48,611 nt of DNA from Candidatus Woesearchaeota archaeon. GTDB lineage: Archaea; Nanobdellota; Nanobdellia; Pacearchaeales; GW2011-AR1. The position numbers and the translations under genes were made by a program. Position 1 is the first letter of the stretch. Each line of letters opens with the position of its first letter. The notes under the pieces were generated by a model. The model was not told where the DNA came from. It ran no database searches and worked only from the letters and a program-made list of their open reading frames with translations. Location of the stretch: positions 1 through 48,611 of the forward strand of contig CAZGIL010000002.1 in NCBI GenBank assembly GCA_964526265.1. The letters are read 5' to 3'. Shown here in pieces: positions 35,933-44,347 of this stretch.

Positions 35933-37177
35933 TTATTCGGAAAGTTTCTCATTTATCTTTTTAAGATTAAAAAGAATTATCTTCTGCAAATTTTGATATA
36001 GCTTTATATCCTCTCTTTTCTTTGAGCCTTTTGTATAACTAAGATATTCATCAAGCAGGCCAAAAGGAATATCTAAAATAGGAATATCTCTTGATTGCAA
36101 TAAATGAAAAGTAATTAATCTCGTTGTTCTGCTGTTTCCATCTTCAAAAGGATGAATATGCTGAAATTCATTATGGAAGTAGACTGCAAATTTTAATGCT
36201 TCTTCTAATGAAACATTTTTTCTTTTGATAAATTCATTATATTTCTCAAATAACTTTTCAAGCTCTTCTTTTATTTTTTCAGGGAGGGTTGTTTTAAAAT
36301 GAGGATTGCCTTTAATGAAAACATTGATCTTTCTTATGCTTCCAGCAAAAGATGACTGGTGCCTCATTGCTATTTTATGATAATCTAAAATTAATTGAAG
36401 ACTTAGAGGCTTTCTTTCATTTGTATCTTTAAGCATCTGAATCATAGCTTCCTGGTAATTTTTTACTTCATCCACATCAGAAGTCCTTAGGTTTGCAGGG
36501 ATTAACTTATCTTTTAAAATCTTTATTGTATCTGGCAGGGTTATAGGATTGCCCTCTAAAGAAAGACTATGATAAATAAAAGGTATTTCAAATTCATTTA
36601 CTATTCGCTGATATCTTGCTTCATCTTTCTTTTTTAATCTTCTGTAAATATCTAGCTCTTTTTTTATTTCAGGAATGTAACTTTTTTGGCTTTCTGTTAT
36701 AACAGGATGACTATATTCAAAGTAAACCAAAAGGTTGTTAAGTAAAATGTTATAGAATACTTTCGCCCTTAATGGCTTTTCTGAAATAATAAGAATCATG
36801 CCATATTTATTAAGAATTTCAATATATTTCTTTACTGTCCTGGAATTAAGTTTTATAGTTTTAGAGTTAATTTCATCTTTTTGTAACGCTTTGCTAATAA
36901 ATTGCGCGAAGTTTCTATCTAAAATGGAGTTATAATTTATTCCATTCTTTATACAATAGAGAATTAAATTATAAAGTGACTCAGATTTTTTGGACATCTC
37001 TACTTGAAAACCTTCTTTCTTTTTTATTAATAATTTTTCTTTTGTAAGCTCTCTCAAGTATTTATGGATTACATGATATTCCTTCTCATCTTTGTTAAGC
37101 TTTTTAACAACCTCAATTGGCTTAAGCGAAGCCCTATTCTTATAAACAATTTCAAATACGTCATACTTTGTAACCAT
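35933..37177 (-). CDS. Fic-domain protein (AMPylase family) with N-terminal winged-helix region
   Basis: HPFEDGNSRTTRL matches the Fic motif HPFx(D/E)GNGRxxR. Confidence 0.8.
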   Translation of the reverse strand: MVTKYDVFEIVYKNRASLKPIEVVKKLNKDEKEYHVIHKYLRELTKEKLLIKKKEGFQVEMSKKSESLYNLILYCIKNGINYNSILDRNFAQFISKALQKDEINSKTIKLNSRTVKKYIEILNKYGMILIISEKPLRAKVFYNILLNNLLVYFEYSHPVITESQKSYIPEIKKELDIYRRLKKKDEARYQRIVNEFEIPFIYHSLSLEGNPITLPDTIKILKDKLIPANLRTSDVDEVKNYQEAMIQMLKDTNERKPLSLQLILDYHKIAMRHQSSFAGSIRKINVFIKGNPHFKTTLPEKIKEELEKLFEKYNEFIKRKNVSLEEALKFAVYFHNEFQHIHPFEDGNSRTTRLITFHLLQSRDIPILDIPFGLLDEYLSYTKGSKKREDIKLYQNLQKIILFNLKKINEKLSE

Positions 37178-37501
37178 AGGATATACACTTATTTACAGTT
37201 TATAAATCTTTCTATATTGTATAGAAAGTTACACTTTATGTAACTTTAAGTGCTATATATATTTGATTTATGCATTTATATCTATAAATTGTAGTATTTG
37301 TTACATATTTTGTAACTAATCGTACAAAATAGTTATATGTGTTTTTTTCTGTCACTTTCATGTCGTCGCCTGTTTTTATAAACTCTGCCAGCATCGGAGA
37401 ATTAGGAAAGTTAAACCTTTTCAAGAATACTAAAGGTTAAAGCCCGGCATGGGTTGTTGAGGTTGAAAAAACCCCAGCAGATACCATAATGGTAAGACAC
37501 A

Positions 37502-37561
37502 CGGCGGGGGCATTATACCTTTTTGACTGATTTCGTGGGCATCAATTTGCCCCTGAATTTA
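37502..37561 (+). repeat. att-type direct repeat copy 3 (long form)
   Basis: 54/60 identical to 10570..10629. Weaker similarity continues for ~70 more nt. Confidence 0.8.
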
Positions 37562-37661
37562 TTTATTCGAGCTAGATTCAAGGCTATTTAAAGAGCTCTA
37601 TAAATTGATATAATAATTAGAAAGTAGAAAGATTTATATTATTAAAGGATGATTCTAAAAT

Positions 37662-37893
37662 ATGGGAATACAACAAGGTGGCTATAATGAGAAGGATCTA
37701 GAGATGGGGGAATCTTGTGCTAAATATTTAGATAAGAGGAGTTGAGAGAAATGGATTACCTTATGATGGTATCGAACTTAAAGTCTTACAAGAATCTGCC
37801 CCTGTTTTTAGAGATGAGTTAAAAGAAGATTTAAAGGTAGTAAGATTATTATTTGAATTAAAACGTGATGTTTTTAGCCCTTCTGAAGAATAA
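37662..37893 (+). pseudogene. Possible frame-disrupted small ORF
   Basis: The ATG-initiated 27-codon ORF stops at 37743..37745. An open frame without a start continues from 37744 to the TAA at 37891..37893. Confidence 0.2.
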
Positions 37894-37923
37894 TTTGTTA
37901 AGCTTAGAAATTACAAAAATTAA

Positions 37924-38202
37924 TTATTTCTTATAAATCACATCATGATGGTCGAAATCTGTGAAGAAAATTAAGTCTGATGATTTTTCATACTTGAATA
38001 CAAGAACAAAACTGCCAACATGAACTCGCTTGTATTCTTTTAAATTATATCTTAAATTCTTATAATGCTCAATATCTGAAGAGTTTAATACCTCATTCAT
38101 TTTATTAAAAAGATTTTCATAGAGTTGTTTGTCTTTCTTTTGCAATTTATCTAGAATTCTATCAAAATTCTTGCTTGTCTTATATTGCCTTGACATCTTC
38201 AC
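37924..38202 (-). CDS. RelE/ParE-superfamily toxin
   Basis: 92 aa. FDRILDKLQKKDKQLYENL...LKEYKRVHVGSFVLVFKY...IFFTDFDHHDVIY is the typical RelE/ParE fold pattern. 4-nt overlap with the upstream small gene. Confidence 0.6.
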   Translation of the reverse strand: MKMSRQYKTSKNFDRILDKLQKKDKQLYENLFNKMNEVLNSSDIEHYKNLRYNLKEYKRVHVGSFVLVFKYEKSSDLIFFTDFDHHDVIYKK

Positions 38203-38444
38203 CTTTTTTCTATTCTTTTTCTTAATTCATCAATAGATTTAAAGGTTTTGCCATACCCTTCTTTTTCTATTCTCTTCAATTTCTCCAAGTATTCTGGTCT
38301 TAATTCAGGCTCTAGAATATTTTCCCCACATTCAATAACTATTTTAGCTATTGCTTCGCTCTTTGTTTTCAGATTATATCTAGCTTTCACTATGTTTAAG
38401 ATTTGGTTTGCTTCCTTAGGAATCTCAATCATCGCTTGTACCAT
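38199..38444 (-). CDS. Antitoxin candidate (small helical protein)
   Basis: 81 aa. Directly upstream of the RelE-like gene and overlapping it. Confidence 0.45.
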   Translation of the reverse strand: MVQAMIEIPKEANQILNIVKARYNLKTKSEAIAKIVIECGENILEPELRPEYLEKLKRIEKEGYGKTFKSIDELRKRIEKR

Positions 38445-38627
38445 TTTTCTTAGTGTATATTTAGTATAAATATCATATATATGTTGAGTATATAAGCTTT
38501 TCTATACTCTAATATCTATTTCTTGTAGTAGAGCTCTTTAAATATAGCAGATCCTATCGAATTCTAATAAATTAAATACAATTAAAAAAAATTAGTCCCC
38601 TTGATTATGCCAAAAGGGCTATTGTTT

Positions 38628-38640
38628 CGGCGGGGGCATA
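38628..38640 (+). repeat. att-type direct repeat copy 4 (cggcgggggcata), presumed outer island boundary
   Basis: Exact 13-nt match to the tRNA-Glu 3' end. Housekeeping-type genes resume to the right. Confidence 0.55.
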
Positions 38641-38655
38641 CTAAAACTTTGGTAT

Positions 38656-39180
38656 TTATCCGATGTTAATTTGAATCTTCTTTGAGATATCAATTCCAGA
38701 GATATCTAACCACGCGGTTACATACCATTTAACAGAGCTGATGTTTCCCGTTAGAATTTGAGCGGATTTAACTAGGCTTCCTATTGCTCCTGTTCCCATG
38801 CTCGATTGTGTTAAGATATCTTGTGGTATTTTTAATTGAAATTCCACAATTTTTTCACCTACAGGATAGTTTCCTTCTCCTGCAAGAGGTTTGCTGAAAT
38901 CAAATATTTTTCCGCTAGTTCGTTGAGTTCGATTGTTTCTATTCCCCCCATATTTAACATTGGACTTTTCTCCCATTAATCCAATATTAAGAGCTTTGGC
39001 TTGAACTGTTTTTTTTAGATTCAGAACCACCTTACCGGTTATTGTTTCCCCGGGAGAATATTCCATTTTATCAAGATTTATACTAATTTTTCCCTTAGAC
39101 CTAGATAGGATAAAAAGGACTATTGTGATAAGAATCGCTAATGCTACTACTGATAGAACAATTATCATCACCGTATCCAT
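38656..39180 (-). CDS. Membrane-anchored hypothetical protein (arrestin/Spo0M-like beta domain possible)
   Basis: N-terminal TM helix. ISINLDKMEYSPGETITGKVVLNL resembles arrestin-N-like starts. Confidence 0.4.
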   Translation of the reverse strand: MDTVMIIVLSVVALAILITIVLFILSRSKGKISINLDKMEYSPGETITGKVVLNLKKTVQAKALNIGLMGEKSNVKYGGNRNNRTQRTSGKIFDFSKPLAGEGNYPVGEKIVEFQLKIPQDILTQSSMGTGAIGSLVKSAQILTGNISSVKWYVTAWLDISGIDISKKIQINIG

Positions 39181-39264
39181 AAGGGGGGGAGGGTTCTTTA
39201 GTTTTTAAATTTTCTTAATCTCACTTTCCGAAATCTTTTTATAGTTCCTTTAATTTAATCCGTT

Positions 39265-39582
39265 ATGGCATGGGGTGTGGCTCTAGTTGTTGTAGGTATT
39301 TTAATCGCTGCAGTATGGGTTTTCATAGAAATTAAGAGATTGAGGCATAAGATGTTTGCAATATTCTTAATCGGATTGATTATTTTTGTTTATATAACCG
39401 CTTCAATGACTTTCAAAGGGAATGACGTCGATTTTGGAAGTGTCTCCGGAATAATGAGGGCGGGTTCTCTATACTTTTCCTGGTTGAAGGTTGCTATTTC
39501 AAATTTAGGGTCAATTACTTCTAATGCAATAAAGCTGGATTGGGGCGGAGATTCTGTTGTGATGAATAAGACGGGAAAATGA
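39265..39582 (+). CDS. Small membrane protein (AIKLDW motif family)
   Basis: 105 aa, 2 TM helices. C-terminal ...GSITSNAIKLDW is shared with the next ORF. Confidence 0.4.
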   Translation: MAWGVALVVVGILIAAVWVFIEIKRLRHKMFAIFLIGLIIFVYITASMTFKGNDVDFGSVSGIMRAGSLYFSWLKVAISNLGSITSNAIKLDWGGDSVVMNKTGK

Positions 39583-39776
39583 GAGTTTTAGTATTCTTGA
39601 TTATGTTTTTACTTCTTGGGGCACTTTTTATAATAAGTAATAATAATCTTGCTTTGGTAAAGAAAGAAAATACTCAAAAATTTTCTCAGATTTATTTAAA
39701 TTGGACGAATAATATTTATTCTAATTTTAAGAGTATAACCGGAGATGCAATAAAGCTGGATTGGTTCCCAGAGTAA
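39579..39776 (+). CDS. Small membrane protein (AIKLDW motif family)
   Basis: 65 aa, 1 TM helix. ...KSITGDAIKLDW. 4-nt overlap with the previous ORF. Confidence 0.4.
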   Translation: MRVLVFLIMFLLLGALFIISNNNLALVKKENTQKFSQIYLNWTNNIYSNFKSITGDAIKLDWFPE

Positions 39777-39809
39777 TATTTATAAATGCTTGTTGGTATA
39801 TAACTTAAG

Positions 39810-40115
39810 ATGGCTAAGAAAAAAAAAGGTGTGAAGAGAAGAGTTGTTCGGAAGAAGTCTTCTGTTACTAAGAGAAGGGTTCCTGTTAAAACTAAGCGAC
39901 TTGTTCGTTCTAGCGATAGAAAAATTAGGGTTGTTTTAAGGAATTTGGTTCTTTTCTTGATTTTGGCAATACTCTCTCTGGTGTTTTATTCAATTTCTAG
40001 TCAGGAAGTTTATGTGAGTTTATTTTCTCTTTTGGGGGCACTATTTTCTTTTGTTGTTCTAGCATTTTTGATTGTTCTGCTGGTTTTATTATTTTTAAAA
40101 GGACTTAAGAAATAA
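39810..40115 (+). CDS. Small basic membrane protein
   Basis: 101 aa. Lys/Arg-rich N-terminus followed by two hydrophobic helices. Confidence 0.4.
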   Translation: MAKKKKGVKRRVVRKKSSVTKRRVPVKTKRLVRSSDRKIRVVLRNLVLFLILAILSLVFYSISSQEVYVSLFSLLGALFSFVVLAFLIVLLVLLFLKGLKK

Positions 40116-40160
40116 TTTTTGGATAGCTTTTTATATGTTGTTTTCTGTAGATGAAATTAT

Positions 40161-40236
40161 GCCCTCGTAGCTCAGTTTTGGTTAGAGCGCAACATTGGTA
40201 ATGTTGAGGTCCTGAGTTCAACTCTCAGCGGGGGCT
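40161..40236 (+). tRNA. tRNA-Thr (anticodon GGU)
   Basis: Hand-folded: acceptor GCCCTCG/CGGGGGC, D arm GCTC/GAGC, anticodon arm CAACA-TTGGTAA-TGTTG, T arm CTGAG-TTCAACT-CTCAG. 76 nt, no intron. Confidence 0.85.
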
Positions 40237-40300
40237 TTCTAATACTTAAATTTATAAACGAGAGCAATAAACAAACAATATGGAAAAAGCAAATTAAAAT

Positions 40301-40816
40301 TTGCATGTTTTCAATAAAATACTAAAAATGGAAAAGGAAGAATCTGCCCTTGAATCCTTGAAAAAGAAATATTCTGAGGTTAGAGATAAATATGATCTGC
40401 CTTCTTTTGAAGAGATGAATCAAGATTTTTCTGTTGAGAAAATTTCTGAATCTGAGACGGATTTACTTATTCGTGAAATAAGAAAGTTTATCTCTGAAAA
40501 GTTTTCTAATTACCTGAGATTTATTGAGGCGCTTATACACCCCGTAAATTCTCCTCTTTTTGTATTTTCTATATTAAAAACGATGAGTAACTCTGATAAG
40601 GAGAGGCTTAATGAGATATATAAGGGACTTGCTAAAAGAGAAGTTGAACTTATTGAATTAGATATTGCTTACAACGAAGAGAAAGAGATAGAATTTATTC
40701 GAAGTGCTTTTGCGGAGTGGCAGAAGATAAAGGTAGAGATGATTGGAATTTTCGATGCTGTAAAGATGAATTGGGATAATAAGGGCGAAGGAAAAAATAA
40801 TGGATATTTCGGATAA
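40301..40816 (+). CDS. Hypothetical protein
   Basis: 171-aa ORF (likely start MEKEES at 40328). No recognised domain. Confidence 0.4.
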   Translation: MHVFNKILKMEKEESALESLKKKYSEVRDKYDLPSFEEMNQDFSVEKISESETDLLIREIRKFISEKFSNYLRFIEALIHPVNSPLFVFSILKTMSNSDKERLNEIYKGLAKREVELIELDIAYNEEKEIEFIRSAFAEWQKIKVEMIGIFDAVKMNWDNKGEGKNNGYFG

Positions 40817-40818
40817 TA

Positions 40819-42459
40819 TTAAATTAATTTTTCAAAAATCTTTTCCAGACTAATTTCTGCTAAAACAACTGGCATTTTTATTTTCCAATTTTTTAGTATT
40901 TTTGGATGAACTTCTCCTACGAATCCTATTTTCTCGTTTCCGAATAAAATCTCTGCTACTCTTCCATCTATTAGATGTCCTGGAATAGACGAAGGTTCTT
41001 CGAACCTTAATTCTAATTGCAACATCCTTGAGAGGTATTCTATAGCCTGTTTCAACTCTGTGAAATTGCCGGGAGTAATCGCTAAAGACAAATGTTCTTT
41101 TTCTGTTATTTTTTGATTTAATTCGAATACCCTTCCGATTTCAAATATCTTTTGGGGGTATTCTGAATCTACATTCTCGGAGATATTTTTAAGCGTGTAA
41201 TGAGAAAGGTTCTTTCTTAAGATTGTATAATCTGTTTTTGAGTTTTCCAATTCCACAAAATCTTTTTGGTCTTTTTCCTGTATGCCCATTTTGCTGAACT
41301 GATCGTCTTTTCTCGTGAGGTGCAAATTAGAGACTTCTAGCATTCCAAGCCCGGAGAGAATCTCTCCGATTTTCTTCTTTAGGGCTTCTTTTGGATTTGA
41401 TTCTCCAATTGTAGAAACTTGAGGAATCTCTGGAATGAATTTGTCGTATCCGTAGGCAATTGCAACGTCTTCTATGAAATCTACTTCGTGAAGAATGTCC
41501 ATTCTCCATGCTGGTACGCTTACTATACCTTTTTCATAAGAATATCCCATCCTTTTAAGGTACTTTTTAACTTCTTTTTCTGTAAGTTTTAATCCAAGAA
41601 GATTGTTTGTTTTTTCTAGTGAAAGTTTCATTTTTTCCATCTCCAGATTTGGAGTTATTTCTTTTTTCTTGTAAGATAGTTCCATCTGGTATATTTTTCC
41701 TCCCATATCTGCTAATGCTGTTACGAGGATGTTAAGGCATTTTTTTAAAACACCAAATTCAAATCCAGAACATTCTACAAAAATATCTTTTGTGTCTGCA
41801 GTAACTTTTCCGGTTAGTTGAGAGTTTATTATGGGAGGTAAACTAAGAACGGAATTGTTTGCGTCAACAAAAATTGGGAACTTCTCTTTTCCTGCCAGAA
41901 GATGAGCGTAATCCCTTCCAGTGGGGTGTCTTTGAAGTATTTCTAATCCGGACATTTCTCTTTCGGATTCAAGAGGAATGAATTTTATTTTGTCTGGTTC
42001 TAATGCTTTAAATGTTATCGGGAGCTTTATTTTTTCTAAAGGATAAATTCCTATTGCTAACTTTTTTCTTTTTCTTCCAATTGTAACATGAAGTTTTTCC
42101 TGTATCTCTATTAATTCTTTTATTTTTTCGTCATCAAATTTCAAATCTTTTATTATTGCACAAGCCGTGAATGGACGAACATCCTTTACGGAAGAATCTA
42201 TGATAACTTTATAATCGTTTTGGGGGGGATTTATTTTGTATGTTTTTGATTTTCCGGTTACAAATGTCTCAAGCGCTCTGATAAATCCCCTAGCCGAAAG
42301 CATATCTGGGCGGTTGGGAGTAATTTCAACATCTACTTTTTCTTCGGACATTTTTTCTATACCTACTCCAAAAAGACTTAGGTAGTTGTCTATCTTATCA
42401 TCGCTTAAATTTCCAATTGTCTTTTTTATTTCTTTTTTATTTACTGTTATTGTTGCCAT
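40819..42459 (-). CDS. pheT: Phenylalanine--tRNA ligase beta subunit (archaeal type)
   Basis: 546 aa. The N-terminal B3/4-B5 layout (EITPNRPDMLS) and the size are typical of the archaeal PheRS beta subunit. Clustered with pheS. Confidence 0.85.
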   Translation of the reverse strand: MATITVNKKEIKKTIGNLSDDKIDNYLSLFGVGIEKMSEEKVDVEITPNRPDMLSARGFIRALETFVTGKSKTYKINPPQNDYKVIIDSSVKDVRPFTACAIIKDLKFDDEKIKELIEIQEKLHVTIGRKRKKLAIGIYPLEKIKLPITFKALEPDKIKFIPLESEREMSGLEILQRHPTGRDYAHLLAGKEKFPIFVDANNSVLSLPPIINSQLTGKVTADTKDIFVECSGFEFGVLKKCLNILVTALADMGGKIYQMELSYKKKEITPNLEMEKMKLSLEKTNNLLGLKLTEKEVKKYLKRMGYSYEKGIVSVPAWRMDILHEVDFIEDVAIAYGYDKFIPEIPQVSTIGESNPKEALKKKIGEILSGLGMLEVSNLHLTRKDDQFSKMGIQEKDQKDFVELENSKTDYTILRKNLSHYTLKNISENVDSEYPQKIFEIGRVFELNQKITEKEHLSLAITPGNFTELKQAIEYLSRMLQLELRFEEPSSIPGHLIDGRVAEILFGNEKIGFVGEVHPKILKNWKIKMPVVLAEISLEKIFEKLI

Positions 42460-42761
42460 TTTATTTCAAATCTTTTTCTAATTTTTTCTAACTTATCTAT
42501 AAATGCATCTTCCATATCTATCTCATTATCACTCGCAATTATTAGCGTTCTACTAATTATGTCTGCTAGTTCCTCTCCGAGTTTTTCTTTACTAAACTCT
42601 CCTCGATAATTTTTTTGTTTTTTTGAAAGTTCTCTTGCTACTTCCCCAACCTCTTCTGTAAGACTTAAAAACATTCCATCCGGATCGTGTTTTATATTTA
42701 CTTTGTTGTTTACTCCCTCTAACATTTTTGCTGATAGTTCTTGTGCTTCTTTGATATTCAT
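42447..42761 (-). CDS. MazG-like nucleotide pyrophosphohydrolase
   Basis: LTEEVGEVARE ... LGEELADI is the EExxE...ExxD MazG motif pattern. 104 aa. Confidence 0.6.
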   Translation of the reverse strand: MNIKEAQELSAKMLEGVNNKVNIKHDPDGMFLSLTEEVGEVARELSKKQKNYRGEFSKEKLGEELADIISRTLIIASDNEIDMEDAFIDKLEKIRKRFEIKWQQ

Positions 42762-42762
42762 T

Positions 42763-44280
42763 TTAATTCTTCCCCCAAAATCTAATTTTTCTCAGCTGAG
42801 TTAAATTGTTTGAATGAAGTTCTCTGATATCTTGTATATTATATCCTTGCATAACTTGTCTGTCGAATCCCATTCCCCAAGCTAATACTGGAACGTATTC
42901 TCCCATAAGCGGAACTACAACTTCGGGACGGAAGATTCCCGCTCCGAGTATTTCAACCCATTTTTTATTTTTTTCATCATAGACATCTGCCTCTACACTT
43001 GGTTCTGTGTAGGGAAAGAAGTGGGGACGGAAACGAACTTTCTCAAATCCCATTTTATTTAGGAAAGCCTTCAAATATCCTAAGAGATGCTGGAAATTTG
43101 CGTCTTTATCAACAACAATTCCCTCTGTTTGATTAAATTCGAATCCGTGGTTTGGGTCTAGAGTTTCATTTCTAAATACTTTTCCAATCGCGAAGAATTT
43201 TCCTTTTTTCTCTTTTAAATTTGCGAGAGTTTGTGCTGAAAGACAGGTAGTATGTGTTCTCAAAACTAATTTCTTTGCCTCGTCTTCCTGCCAGGAATAG
43301 TTCCATCCCTTACTTCCGTTAATTCCTTCTTCATGCGCTCTTTTAACTTCTTTTACAATTTTTTTATCTGGTAATTCTCTCTTTTTATTTATGAAGAATG
43401 TATCTTGTAATTCTCTTGCTGGATGGTCTTGGGGAGTGAATAAACTATCAAATACCCAGAAAGAACTTTGAGTGAGAGTTCCATCCATTTCTTTAAATCC
43501 CATCTCTGTCCATATTTTTCTTCCGTAGTCGACTGCTTGGTTTACGAAATGGCGCTTTCCTCCGTTTATATCCGGAACGGGGGAGGTAACGTCGTATCTT
43601 CTAAATTTCTTCCCTTTCCAAAGTGATTCTTTCTTAAGCATCGCCGGAGTTATTTGTTCAATTAGATTATCTTTTTCAACCTTAGAACTAATTATTTTTT
43701 TCCCAAGCTCGGTTATTTCAATTATTATTTTCTTTTTTTCTTTTATCTCTACAATCTCTTTTCTTTTTTGAAGGGATTTAAGTGAAAATAATTGTTCGGG
43801 GGATAGAGACTCGTATTCAAGAGGTAGAGAGTCTATAAATAATTCATCGAGAGTCTTTCTTGTCACTTCTTCTTTTGTTGCATTTAGAATTATTTTACCA
43901 TTTTTTAGTTCAATCATCGCTTTTGATTTTAGCGCTCCGAGAGACGCCTTAAATTCATCTTCTGAAAGACTGTCATCTCTCTTTGCTTCGGCTAAGAGAA
44001 TCATCCTTTTCTCGTTTAGGAGATTAAGAAGGCGCCTTTCGGGAAGTCCCTTCTTCTTGTAAAGTGCCCCATTTACTCCTAGTTCGACAAAATTATTCTT
44101 TTTGTAAGAAAGAACAATTATTTTTTTGTTTTGTAAGTATTCGAGAGACCTTATTACAGAAACTCTGTCAAGATTGGATTTTTTACATATTTCGGAGATT
44201 AAAGGTTCCTCCAGATTTGGAAGTATTTTTCTCTCGTTTGGACTAAGAGATTCGACTATTTTGTTAATATCTGTCACCAT
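42763..44280 (-). CDS. pheS: Phenylalanine--tRNA ligase alpha subunit
   Basis: Class II core: FRPHFFPYTEPS, GAGIFRPEV, GMGFDR (motif 3), preceded by N-terminal winged-helix repeats. Confidence 0.9.
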   Translation of the reverse strand: MVTDINKIVESLSPNERKILPNLEEPLISEICKKSNLDRVSVIRSLEYLQNKKIIVLSYKKNNFVELGVNGALYKKKGLPERRLLNLLNEKRMILLAEAKRDDSLSEDEFKASLGALKSKAMIELKNGKIILNATKEEVTRKTLDELFIDSLPLEYESLSPEQLFSLKSLQKRKEIVEIKEKKKIIIEITELGKKIISSKVEKDNLIEQITPAMLKKESLWKGKKFRRYDVTSPVPDINGGKRHFVNQAVDYGRKIWTEMGFKEMDGTLTQSSFWVFDSLFTPQDHPARELQDTFFINKKRELPDKKIVKEVKRAHEEGINGSKGWNYSWQEDEAKKLVLRTHTTCLSAQTLANLKEKKGKFFAIGKVFRNETLDPNHGFEFNQTEGIVVDKDANFQHLLGYLKAFLNKMGFEKVRFRPHFFPYTEPSVEADVYDEKNKKWVEILGAGIFRPEVVVPLMGEYVPVLAWGMGFDRQVMQGYNIQDIRELHSNNLTQLRKIRFWGKN

Positions 44281-44347
44281 CTAACTAGTAGAGAAATGGG
44301 ATTAAAAAAGGTTTAGATTTTATATAAAGACTTATAAATCTGTTTTT

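Larger units (their letters stand above)
33161..37513. mobile_element. Integrated element B (integrase-less remnant or cargo block)
   Basis: Lies between repeat copies at 33149 and 37502. Carries TrmB, the RibA-RibD fusion, a LOG-like gene, AbrB-like and Fic genes. Confidence 0.4.
37514..38640. mobile_element. Integrated element C remnant (toxin-antitoxin only)
   Basis: Lies between repeat copies at 37502 and 38628. Its left arm is homologous to the left arm of element A. Contains a frame-disrupted ORF and a RelE/ParE-type pair. Confidence 0.45.
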
